From positions 41,542,001-41,606,000 of the forward strand of contig NC_086108.1 of the NCBI RefSeq assembly GCF_963921235.1: 64,000 nt of DNA. The letters are read 5' to 3'. Position numbers and translations under genes: made by a program. Positions 25,916 through 36,616 of the stretch are shown here, in pieces. Below the pieces are notes generated by a model. It was not told the DNA's origin, searched no databases, and worked only from the letters and a program-made list of their open reading frames with translations. How positions within the stretch are numbered: position 1 is the first letter of the stretch; each line of letters begins with the position of its first letter. The stretch comes from Mobula hypostoma. Lineage: Eukaryota.

Positions 25916-26869
25916 CAACATTCTGAAACTGGACTAGTATTTGACCCCAGAGTACAACTTTGCACCACATACACACCGTGCTACCTTTTCCTTCCTCTGC
26001 CACATTACCTTTGTTCTCCTTCTCTTTAGTTCATCTATTGCTGAAACCTCTGTTCTTTTGTTAGTTAAGGGTCGACTATTTCAATGTATTCCTGTTCTAT
26101 TCTCTGTTCAAAACTGTTACTCTTATTCGTAACAGCGTCATGTCCTCATCCCCTCTGCCATCACTTACATCCATTGTGTCTCGATTTAAAAATCCTCATT
26201 TTTGTGTAAAATCTGTCCATGGACTTGTTTCTTCCTAAATTATCAAACCCTCCAGCTGGAGTTCATTTTATACAAGCTTCTTGAGCATTACCATTGGTGG
26301 CATTGCCTTCAGCTGCTGAAGCCCAAAGTTCAGAAATTGTCCCTCCCATAATTTTGGTCTCCTTACTTCTCTGTTCTCTTGTAAAGTGATCTCCGTGACC
26401 GTGCTTTTGTCACCTGACCTAATCTCTTCACAACTGCTTTAGAAATACACATTATTGTTGTTGATGAAATACTCAACATGTCTGGCAGTGAAAAGAAATA
26501 GAGTAAGCATTTCAGTTTAATGATCTGTCATTCTGCCTCGAATGAAAAGAAACTAACCTGAAGTGTTGGACCAATTTGTCTTGCCACTAAAGCACCCTGA
26601 ACTGTTGAAACTTTCTAGCGTTTTCTGATTTTATTTCTTTCACTAGATAAGAAATCTTTTAAGAAAAAAAAGCATTTTTGCTTTGGTCTTCCAGCAGAAC
26701 AGGTGTTGTGAGTACAGCAGATGTAGTGTAAGTGAAAATGGAATAATATTGGGGCAGATGCTCCTCTGACCCCAAGATAGTGAAAATGCAGTCTGACCCA
26801 GCCCAAACTCATCAGATGGCAACGTTATCACTTAAAGTTCAAAGTAAATTTATTATCAAACTATGGAGC

Positions 26870-27475
26870 TAACTACGGATGTTGCGTCCTAGGGGTCTAT
26901 ATTCAAATTACAAGCCAGGATAGTACAATATAGAGAGCAAGCTGTTGTTTACTCAGCAGGCTCCCCCTCTCCACGCAGCTGTTAAATCCAAAGGAACAAT
27001 AGAGACCGGTAGAGTTTGGCATCAGTTGCATCGCAGGACTTGCCAGTCAGAGTTAAACTCAATATAGTAATGGCTTAAAGATTCCAGCTCTGGATTTTTC
27101 CTTGGAAATTACTTCAGAGGCCTTCCCCATGAGTGGGTAAAACCACAAGGCAGTAGAAGTTTGAAATCAGTTTTCCTACTCCTTGATGAACTGCCAGTCA
27201 CGGCTGACAATCCCCATTTGCCCAAAGTGACTGGTTTTCTTTTTTTTAAATTTTTTTACTTTTATTTGGATAAGGAATTCACAAGTATCATGAGCTTTAC
27301 AAAGTGACTGGTTTTCAAGCACCAGTAACCCACCTTTGCCCCTTCTCCTGTCAATAGAAATGGTTCCGTGGGCTTCATAGCCAAACCACATATGAAGGCC
27401 ATGAGTTATACTTGGTTATCAGAGGCTATTTGAGATGCATGCCACTGGGAGTATTAACTCCACTACCCACCCCCA
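26870..27475 (-). mobile_element. RTE-clade LINE 5' UTR-like fragment
   Basis: cagcaggctccccctctccacgcagctgttaaatccaaaggaacaatagagaccggtagagtttggcatcag resembles RTE leader sequence and is similar to the SINE body at 62220-62300. Confidence 0.6.
27240..27299 (-). mobile_element. 60-bp poly(A)-tailed retroposed insertion with 16-17-bp TSD
   Basis: Direct repeat caaagtgactggttttc at 27223-27239 and 27300-27316; insert begins with a T-tract; AATAAA on the minus strand. Confidence 0.85.
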
Positions 27476-27509
27476 TCTCCCCACCTTGACAAAGTTAAGG
27501 AACCATGTA

Positions 27510-29105
27510 CGGTGCATATACTACCTTTTTATTGCAGGCTTTTACAGGATCAAAAGAAATACAATACATTTTACAAAAAACTAAACATAATTGACAACTG
27601 ACGGACACCAGTGTGCAAAAGAAGACAACTGTACAGATAAAAATCAAACTGAGGAAATATTCAGACAGTCTTTGAAAGTGCATCTGTAGATTGTAGAATC
27701 AGTTCAGAGTAGCCATAAATTAAATAGGCTATGTTGGTTTAGGAGCCTGACAGACATCCCACCCTGCAAAAACTCATTTCAGGGAGGTAGCACCATCAAT
27801 TTGTGGGAGACTCCTGGAACTTCCAGGAGAGGTGGGATGTCTGCAATAGAGTAGCTCCTTAGCAGCTAGCCAGCTAGTTTAAATAACGTTAGCTATGCTA
27901 ATGAACAAATGACACCTGTTAAACTCACCTCAACATGTCTTTTACAGCCTTAACCCACCATGGGCAATAGAAAAGTCACTGTTGCAAACAGTGCAGCGAG
28001 CAACACTGTCATTATTTTTGACCCCTATTAGGCAGGGGTACAGTTTAGTGTAGTCTGGGGTGAATTACGTTTCATTTTTTCTTTTTTTGGAGCCCTCTGC
28101 CATGGCTCACTCTCTCTTTCTCCCTCTCTCGCTCTGTTTCTCGTGCTCTCTCTCGCTATCTCTCTCTCATGCTCTGTCTTGCACTCTCTCTCACTCTCTC
28201 GCACTCTCTCGCGCTCCCTCTCGCTCTCTCTCACTCTCTCTCGTGCTCTCTCGCGCTCTCTCTCTCTCGCTCTCGTGCTCTCTCTCACTCGCTCGCTCGC
28301 TCTCAAATAAATCAATTTCCGGGATATTGTATATTATTTGCAGGCATCAGGGAGCCACGATCAATATGCGGGAGACTCCCGGAACTGCCGGGAGAGGTGG
28401 GATGTCTGGCTTGATGACTGTGGGATAATAATTGTTCTTGAACCCGGCGGTGTGGGACATAAGGCTTTTGTGCCTCCTATCCTCTGGTAGTTGTAAGAAA
28501 AGGGCATTGCCTGGATGGTGGGGGTATATAATGATGGATACTGTTTTCTTGTGGCAGCACTCCTTGTAAATGCGCACAATGATGGGGAGCCTGTGATGGA
28601 ATGGGCTGTATCAACCTCCTCCTGTGGCCTTTTCTGTTCCTGGGTTTTGGCGTTTCCACACCAGACCATGAGACAACTGGTTAGAATTCTCTCCACTGTG
28701 CATCTATAGAAGTATGTCAAAGTTTTTGGTGACATGCTGAACCTCCACAAATTTCTAAGAAAGTAGAGATCCTGCTGCGCCTTCTCTCTGATGACACTTA
28801 TTTTTTGGTCCCAGGGCGGATACTCCGATGTGTTGACATTAAAGAATTCAAAGCTACTGACACGCTCCATCTCTTTTCCCCTAATGAAGACAGGTTCATG
28901 AACCTCCAGCTTCTTCCTCCTGTATTCACTAAGCAACTCTTTGGTTTTGCTGATGTCGAGTGAGAGGACGTTGTTGTGTCTCCACTCAACCAGATTTACA
29001 ATCTCCTTCCTATAGTTGATCTGACACCACCTTTGATTCGGCCAGAAACTGTGGTGTCAGCAACAAACAAATATGACATTGGAACTGTACTTATCCACAC
29101 AATCA
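27510..29105 (-). mobile_element. Rex/Babar LINE fragment interrupted by DNA transposon copy B
   Basis: ORF 28361..28936(-) ERVSSFEF...KAQQDLYFLRNLWRFSMSPKTLTYFYRCTVERILTSCLMVWCGN (DUF1891-type region); 3' UTR resumes left of 27751. Confidence 0.88.
27751..28408 (-). mobile_element. Non-autonomous TIR DNA transposon, copy B (inverted relative to copy A; TSD GCCTGA/GCTTGA)
   Basis: Reverse complement of 20861-21577 with a shorter microsatellite; TSD at 27745-27750 and 28409-28414. Confidence 0.92.
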
Positions 29106-29203
29106 TAAGACCATAAACCATAGGAACAGAATTAGGCCATTTGGCCCATCAAGTCTACTGTGCTATTCGATCATGGCTGATGTATATTCCCTCTCAACCC
29201 CAA
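29105..29203 (-). mobile_element. CR1 3' tail fragment
   Basis: ataagaccataaaccataggaacagaattaggccatttggcccatcaagtct, same family as 10240-10402. Confidence 0.75.
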
Positions 29204-29204
29204 T

Positions 29205-30219
29205 ATGGGCAAGGTAGATATTATTGGCTTCTTACATATCTACACAGATGGTTCAAAAGATCCAGTGACAGGCTGTTCATGTATTTCTGTTTATGCTTCA
29301 AAGTTTCAGATGAAAATTAAAAGATTATCAGATGAAGTATCAGTATTCACGTCTGAGATTATTGCTATCATTTTAGCCTCAGAATGGGTCGAAGGAGTGC
29401 ACCCTGATCTGTGCTCTGATTCACTCTGGGTTTTGACAGCTATTAAAACAGGTCTTTCAAATTTTTTGGCCAGACATTCATCTTGAGATTGGACAGCATC
29501 TGTCTAGGCTGCATGGTCTAGACCTGTGTATCCAGTTCTCGTGGGTCCCTGCCCATGTTGGAGTTGAAAAAATGAGGTGGTAGACATTCCTGCAAAACAA
29601 TCACTTAAAGCTAAGGATATAAATGTAGTGGTGCCTTTGCATAAGGGGGAAATGAAAGTCTAATTTAAAAAGTCTGTTCAGTCACTGTGGCAACAAAATT
29701 GGGATTGGGAGAAGAAAGGATGACATTTATGTAAAATTCAGAGGATGGTGGGAACTCAACTGGGAGATTAGTATAAAAGGAGAGAAGAAGTTATACTTGC
29801 ATGTTTATAAATTGGGCATACTAGGTTGAGTAATTCTTTGTTCAGAATTAATATGCATGATACGGTCATTTGTACAGAGTGCATTTGTCAAGAAATGGTG
29901 CGTCATGTATTGTTTGAATCCGGTTCCTATGAGGCGCAAAGGAAATATTTAATTGCTTAATTGAGATATTTAGGACAGATCAATGTGGAAAGTTTGTTAG
30001 GCTATCACTGCCAGTGTGATGTATATACTGTGTGTATATTTGACTTTCTGAAAAGCATTAGACTTTTTTGATATTATCTGAGATTTTTTGGGAGGAGGAA
30101 CTTAGTGGGTGTACTTCCTGTCTCTTTGCTCCACGCTCCAACTCGGTTGATGGCGGTAATGCACCTCATGTTGGTCTGCCAACCGCCATTAAACTTTACA
30201 AGAAGAAGAAAAAGAAAGA
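29205..30219 (+). mobile_element. Nimb/I-group LINE 3' portion (RNase H, C-terminal Zn motif, 3' stem-loop, (AAG)n tail), pseudogenised
   Basis: IYTDGSK...SVFTSEIIAI...CSDS and WVPAHVGV..NEVVD RNase H motifs; IGHTRL...CTECICQEMVRHVLF; atggcggt/accgccat stem at 30150-30189; aagaagaagaaaaagaaaga tail. Confidence 0.88.
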
Positions 30220-31130
30220 CTCTGATAGGATCAGAGAGTGGACCATGGGAGAAAGGGAGTGAGGAGGGGCACTGGGAGAGATGATAGGCAAGTGTAGAGA
30301 AGAAAAGAGGTATGAGTGAGCCATAGTGGGGAATGGAAGAAGAGAGAAGGGAAGGGGGAAAAATTACTAGAAATTAGAGAAATTGATGTTCATGCCATCA
30401 AGGTGGAGGCTACCCAAACGGAATGTGAGGTGTTGCTCCTCCAACCTGAGAGAGGCCTCATTGTGGCAATAGAGCAGTCCATGAACCAACATTGGAATTA
30501 AAATGGTCGGCTCTTGCTTGTTGTGGATGGAATGAAGGTGCTCGACAAAGCGGTCCCCCAATCTACGACAGGTCTCACTAATGTAGAGGAGGCCACATCA
30601 GAAGCACTGAACACAGCAGGCAACCCAACAGATTAGCAGATGAAGTTTTCCCTCACCTGGGAGGACTGTTTGGGGCCCTGAATGGAAGTGGAGAAGGAGG
30701 TGAATAGGCAGGTGTAACACTTTATCCGCTTGCAGGGATGTGCCGGGGGGAGATTAGTGGGAAGGAACAAATGGACAAGGGAATCATGGAGAGAGTGATT
30801 CCTGCAGAAAGCAGAGAGTAGGGGTGAGGTAAAGATGTGTTTTGTGGTAAGATCGCATTGAAAATGACAGATGTTGTGGAGAAAGATGTGCTGGATGCAA
30901 AGGCTAATTGGGTTGTAGGCAAGGATGAGAGGATCGCTATCCCTGTTAGGGTGGTGGGAAGATTGGGTGAGGGCAAATGTCCAGAAAATGGAGGAAATGC
31001 GGGTGATTGCAGTATCAATGGTGGAAAAAGGGAAACCCTTTTCTTTAAAGGAGGACATCTTAATGTTCTGGAAAGGAAAGGATCCTCCTGGGAATAGATG
31101 GCATGAACATCAATTTCTCTAACTTGCAGT
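30220..31130 (-). mobile_element. Penelope-like element fragment with short inverted piece at 31097-31130
   Basis: ORFs 30633..31058(-) and 30367..30561(-) GDRFVEHLHSI...RLEEQHLTFRLGSLHLDGMNINFSNF; 31097-31130 is an inverted copy of ~30364-30398. Confidence 0.88.
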
Positions 31131-31670
31131 TTGTTGGCTTTGTTTTTGCAATGGGTCTTATGCTAATACATTATATAAGTACCGTAATGATAATACATTA
31201 TATAAATGTGACAAGATCGAGAGCAGACTACCATAAAGCTTTACTGCCTCATTATTATTTCCTGGCTTCATTGCTGCAAATCTTGGGACAGAGGCTCCAG
31301 ATTTCTCCCTAGATCGATGTCTCTTTAATGCTTCAAGACAGTTCAAATTTCCTTGGTGGATTATAAGGAAGTACATACCTTCTGTCCACTTCTGTCAGAA
31401 GGTAGTTGATTAGTATGGATTAGAAAGGGTGGAGGGTTACAAAGAGCAAGTTGGAGTTTTAGCTTGGTATATGAGATGAAGAATTCTGACTTGCAAGACA
31501 TTTCCATGAACAAAAGACAATGAGTTTGAAGAATCCTTGACAAGGACAAGAAGTATACTTGCGCAGTGGCAATTTTAAAATAAAAAGATGCCCTTGTTCC
31601 TATTGGTTCCAGTCAGTGACATCACTGGTGATTCTCCTCCCCTGAAGTCCCAGAGACAAATGGTCTAGTG

Positions 31671-32710
31671 CAGGGGTGGCCAACCTTTTACATTCCATGC
31701 GTCAATTTTTTCACGCACGAGTCCAGATGCGCCATACAACTCTTGTACCTCCATTCAATTCTTGTAAAAATATGTTAATATAGACATATTTAGCATTTTT
31801 ACATGATATATTGATTTAATATAAAAGCAAGATGAATATTACTTACCTTAAAGAGACTTTTAACAAATATATTTTGTCTTCTTTTGATTTCTTCCTTTTT
31901 CTTAATCACACATTCTTTCCTTAATTCAGACCCAAGCACTAGCTTCAGTTTTCCATCTATTTCAGTCTGATGTTGTGTTTTATAGTGTCTCTTAAGATCA
32001 TGTCTTCTATTATGTGAGAAAGTGTTTTCACAAACAACGCACAACTGTTTTCCTGATGGACCCACTATAAATAAGAACTCATTTTCCCACTGTTCATTGA
32101 ATTCAGGCTTACTATCACTTTCTGCTTTTCTTTTGCTCATTTTCTTTTGTACTGTGATGGGTAACTGAATGTAAAAACAAGGTTTAATTTTGGAAAAAGT
32201 ACAAAACTGCAAATGTTCACAAAGGACGAACAAAGCACAACTCCGTAGCGCATGAGTGTCAATTGTAAACTGACTGGCAAAAACCTGTGACGCACCGCTG
32301 GTGCAGACACCTGGCGCCTCAGGATCAAACGTGTATTGAACAGTTATGGAACGACTGCAGAACAAAAGCCCTTCTTTCCTAGTTTGACTCATTGAACATT
32401 TGTTTTTTTTAATTGAAAACGCATTAATGTGAGAGAAGATAAAAGATCTTTTCAGCAAAAGATGTGCATGAAATAATAAAATCGCTGAAAGTAATTGCTA
32501 AGTTTTATATTTATTCTCAGTAAAACCCACTTCTAGCTCTAAGCTACTTGAACTCCTGTTATAGATTTTTTTTCTACAAATCGGTTTTTGGTTAATAATC
32601 TTTGCATGAGTAGGCTTACTTTTTTTTATTATCACTGGGGTGCAATGCGCCACTTCTAAATCATCCAATGCGCCACTTTTGGCGCATGCGCCGTAGTTTG
32701 GCCATCCCCG
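31671..32710 (-). mobile_element. hAT (Charlie/Buster/SPIN-like) internally deleted element with perfect 8-bp TSD GTCTAGTG
   Basis: TIR caggggtggccaacct / agtttggccatccccg (3 mismatches in 16); TSD at 31663-31670 and 32711-32718. Confidence 0.93.
31847..32140 (-). CDS. N-terminal BED-type zinc-finger segment of a hAT transposase (98 codons, ends at a splice donor)
   Basis: MSKRKAESDSKPEFNEQWENEFLFI...LCVVCENTFSHNRRHDLKRHYKTQH shows the SPIN/GTF2IRD2-like F-x3-W...C-x2-C...H-x4-H pattern; followed by AAG|GTAAGT. Confidence 0.7.
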
Positions 32711-33289
32711 GTCTAGTGGCAGGGACCAATGAACAATACAGGGAACGCACACACTGAGATGCAACAGCCATGCCACATAAAAGGTGCTGAATATTGTCAT
32801 TCCTGTGGTAGCAATGAGTCAGTTCACAACAGCATTTTGAACTCCAGAAGCGTATGTTAACAAAAATTGGTCTCTTGGACATGAAAAGGAATGACACAAA
32901 GCAGAAATGAGATGTCTGTATGACTGTCTACCATAAGGAATAAAACTACCTCAATCAACACATACTAAGCAAACATCAATGGCTATGGGAAGATCAACAA
33001 CCCTGTGAAGTTTGAGGTTTGGTCTTTCAGAACAGGTTTCTGTCCATGTACAAACACTGCAGACTGGCACATCCCGAGGTGCAGATGTACGTGCTGAAGA
33101 ATACACTGAAGCTCAAAGGAGCCACTGCAAAGGCTCTGTGGTGTAGGACAGGGAATTCTGTTGCCTCTGAACAAGGGCAGAGGGAAATACAGGAACAGCT
33201 TCCTAACGCTTAGTGAATGCATTGTTTAAGGAAGAAGCATCAAGTATTGTAGGAGAATGTTCTTAATTGATGGTACAGTGATTGCAGAA

Positions 33290-35005
33290 TAAAACAGGCC
33301 CTGCAAATATCGGGGCAAACCAGAAACAACCGCTGACTGCTGGGGTTCATGCACTGCTTGGGGATTGGGATGCTGCCTTCAGATTGAGGGACAGGATCAC
33401 TCTAAGGTCAGCAAGAGCCGCACTCTCCGTGCCATCGGGAAGGCAAAGCATGAGTACACACAGAAGATCCGCAGGCAGCTTTGTGACACCAGGGACACAT
33501 AACACATGTGGCAAGGCATACAAACCATAACTGATTACAAGTCCACACTGTGTACCAGTGACAGCACCACCTCCCGTTCCCGATAGGCTGAATGCTCTCC
33601 GTGCATAGTTTAACCACTTGAATGATGCAGCATCAAGGAAAGCCCCTTCTCTTCACGGGGACCAAACTCCCTGTCTGGCCACAGCCAGGGTGAGGAGGAA
33701 CCCAGCCAGGGAAAACCCATATAAAATCCCACCTTCCAGCTATATTGGTCCCTTTCCAATTTGCCTACTGCTCAGACTTGGCCCTCCACTCTGTCCTGTC
33801 CCACCTAGAAAACAGTGCCTCTTAAGCAAGGATTTTGTTCATCGATTTCAGCTCAGTGTTTAACACGATTATCCCTCAGTGGCTGGCTTACTGGGACTCA
33901 ATAGCCCTCTCTGTAGCTGGATCTTGGGACTGCTTGATGGAAAGAACCCAGTCAGTCTGGGTCGGCAGCAACATCTCAAGCTCCATCACGCTGAGCACTG
34001 GTGCTCCCTACGGTTGTGTGCTCAGTTTGCTGCTGTTGACTCTGCTGACTCACAGCTGCACTGCCAGATTCAGCTCAAACCGCATCATCAAGTTCGCTGA
34101 TGGTACCACAGTGCTGAGCAGCAACAATGATGAGTCAGCATACAGAGAGGTGGGAGAGAGACTGTCCAATGATGTGAGAACAACAACCTGAGACTCAATT
34201 GGCTAAGGCAAAAGAGATGATTGTGGACTTCAGGAAGACACAGGTCTACCACTCTCCATCGCACATCCATGGCTTTGCTGTGGAGAGAGTAAAGAGCACA
34301 GAGTTCCTTGGTGTACACATAACAGATGATCTAATCTGGACCCACAATACCTCCTCACTAGTCGAAACGACACAGCAGCATCTATACTTCCTGAGGAGAT
34401 TAAGGTGTGCAAGGCTCCCCGATCCCCCTCCAACAACTTTCTTCAGGAGCACCATCCAGAGTGTCCTGTCTGGCTGCATCGGTATATGGTACGGAAACTG
34501 CAAGGCATTGGACCACACAATCCTATGAAAAGCAAAAACAAGCCAAGAGGATGATCAGGTCTGCTTCCCACCTATCTGTGACATTTACCAGGAGCGTTGC
34601 AGATGAAGGGCAGAAGCATTGTTGAGGACCCCTCCCACCTATCCCACAATCTCTTTGATCCACTACCGTCAGGAAGGAGATACCGAAGCATCAGGACTAG
34701 GACTGCCAGACTGTATAACAGCTTCGTCTCTCAGGCTGTGAGACTAATGAATACCCTGTCACCACCGAGGTCTCACCACTGGAGCAGTGAGCAGTTTACC
34801 ATACCTATTACTGTTTTCTGTTTACCTGTACTCGAATAAATGCATGGTGAGTTATATTTTATTAACTCATCTATCGTATTATTTTTTGGTTTATCTGCTG
34901 CATATGATATATGTTGTGTGGATGTACCGCATTCCAGTTGAACATTGTTTTGTTTGGTTGTATACGAGTACAGTCAGATAACAAGAACCTTGAACTTGAA
35001 CTTGA
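33290..35005 (+). mobile_element. Rex/Babar LINE, ~1.7-kb RT-containing fragment, frameshifted
   Basis: [80 protein letters not shown]; tail ccttgaacttgaacttgaa. Confidence 0.93.
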
Positions 35006-35599
35006 ATTTGATAGGTTTGAACATAAAAGTTACCTCGATTTAAAGTGATCAACAATAATTGAATGTGGACTTGGATTTTTCACTATATGACTTACCTCCC
35101 TCTGTTCCCAGCTACTCCACCCGAAGGAGCCTTTTTACATTCCTAAATTCTTTTCACTACTAATAAGTAACCTTTTCAAAGAAAATGACAAAAACATTGA
35201 TTTTGTTTCAACACCCCAGTGGCTTTCTTCACAGGTTTGACTGCAACTGTGTCCAGGAGATTAATCTTGAATTCCTAATGACTCCAGAGCAATTCTGAAG
35301 GATTGGTAACTCTTGCACAAGTACCATCTAATTAATCAGAACCTGACCCAAATAACTGACATAGAATCAAGATCAGGTGGCCGCTCTAGCGATGAAACTG
35401 GCAGTCAAAAATTTGGGAGAAAACTGAGTTTTTTTCACTAGTTAACTTACAGTGATAATAGATCTTTAAAATGTTACTTATGAAGAACCATGGAAACAAT
35501 TTCAAGTTTTTGAAATACTTCCCCTTTCTATTTAAAAAACTGTGAAGATATTTAATCCCTTGCCCTAGTACAGTTCCCTAAACTTAATTTCATTCACTG

Positions 35600-35920
35600 A
35601 AGATTTAGCTTTATTTGTCACATGTACATCGAAACTTAAAATGAAACATGTTGCTTTGCGTCAATAACTAACATCGTCCAAGGATTGTGCTAAGGCAGCC
35701 TGTGGGTGTCTTCCAGCACCAACACAGCATGCCCTCAACTCGCTGACACTAACTGTGTGTATTTGGAATGTGGGAGGAAACCCGAACACCTGGAGGAAAC
35801 TCATACGGTCACAGGGAGAACATATAGATTCCTCACAGATAGCAGAGGAATTGTACCCCAATCGGAGATCTTTGAAACTGTAAAGTGATTGCACTAACTG
35901 CTAAGCTGCTGAGCCACCCT
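35600..35920 (-). mobile_element. V-SINE-like element
   Basis: tgtgggaggaaacccgaacacctggaggaaactcatacggtcacagggagaacata is the antisense V-domain; tail gatttagcttatttgtcacatgtacatcgaaac. Confidence 0.85.
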
Positions 35921-36214
35921 AAAATACTTAAAATATTAGGACTTTATTCACTAAAAGATGCGTTTCTTATTTTACAGCTTGGTGTCTTAAATTTAGTCAG
36001 CATGGTTTGCTGCACAGCCCAGAATGCCAGTGATCCATTTGAACCTGGTAGCAGAAAGCAATTGTCATCGGGGAAAGGAAATCCAATACCATAGAGGTCA
36101 TAAGATCCTCTTTGGTGACTTTCTTCAATATTAGTGGCAAGAGCCATCACACCCACCCTGACTACAAAATCCTGGACAAGTACTCAAAATACTTCCTTTG
36201 ATCACAGTTTTGTT

Positions 36215-36616
36215 ACATTTATTCATTCATTATGTGCTTTGTCATATGACATGGGTGTTCCACCTGTCTTTAGACTGTACAGAAGATCCCTTCACACTGT
36301 TGTTCTTATTCTTTTGCTGTCCATGACCATGATTGTTCTTGGAAGTTTTTTTACCAAAGTGGTTTGCCTTTGCCACCTTCTGGGCAGTGTCTATGCAAGA
36401 CGGGTGACCCCATCCATTATCAATACTCTTCAGAGATTGTGTGCCTAGTGTCAGTGGTCACATACCCAGGACTTGTGGTCATCCACCACCTGATCCCAAT
36501 GCTTCTTGTGACCCTGACTGGGGGGCTAAGCAGGTGCTACACCTTGCTGTAGGCTAGTGGAGGGAAGGAGTACCTCACACCTTCTTTAGAAGAGATTTAT
36601 CTCCACCCCACCACCC
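36215..36616 (-). mobile_element. Non-autonomous RTE-derived element
   Basis: aagtggtttgcctttgccaccttctgg (BovB/RTE-type motif) and (ATTC)n tail. Confidence 0.6.

Noticed and set aside
20861..28408. One 7.5-kb composite transposon bounded by the two inverted copies
   Set aside because: Each copy has its own TSD (TGATAT versus GCCTGA/GCTTGA) and the outer flanks differ, so the insertions are independent.
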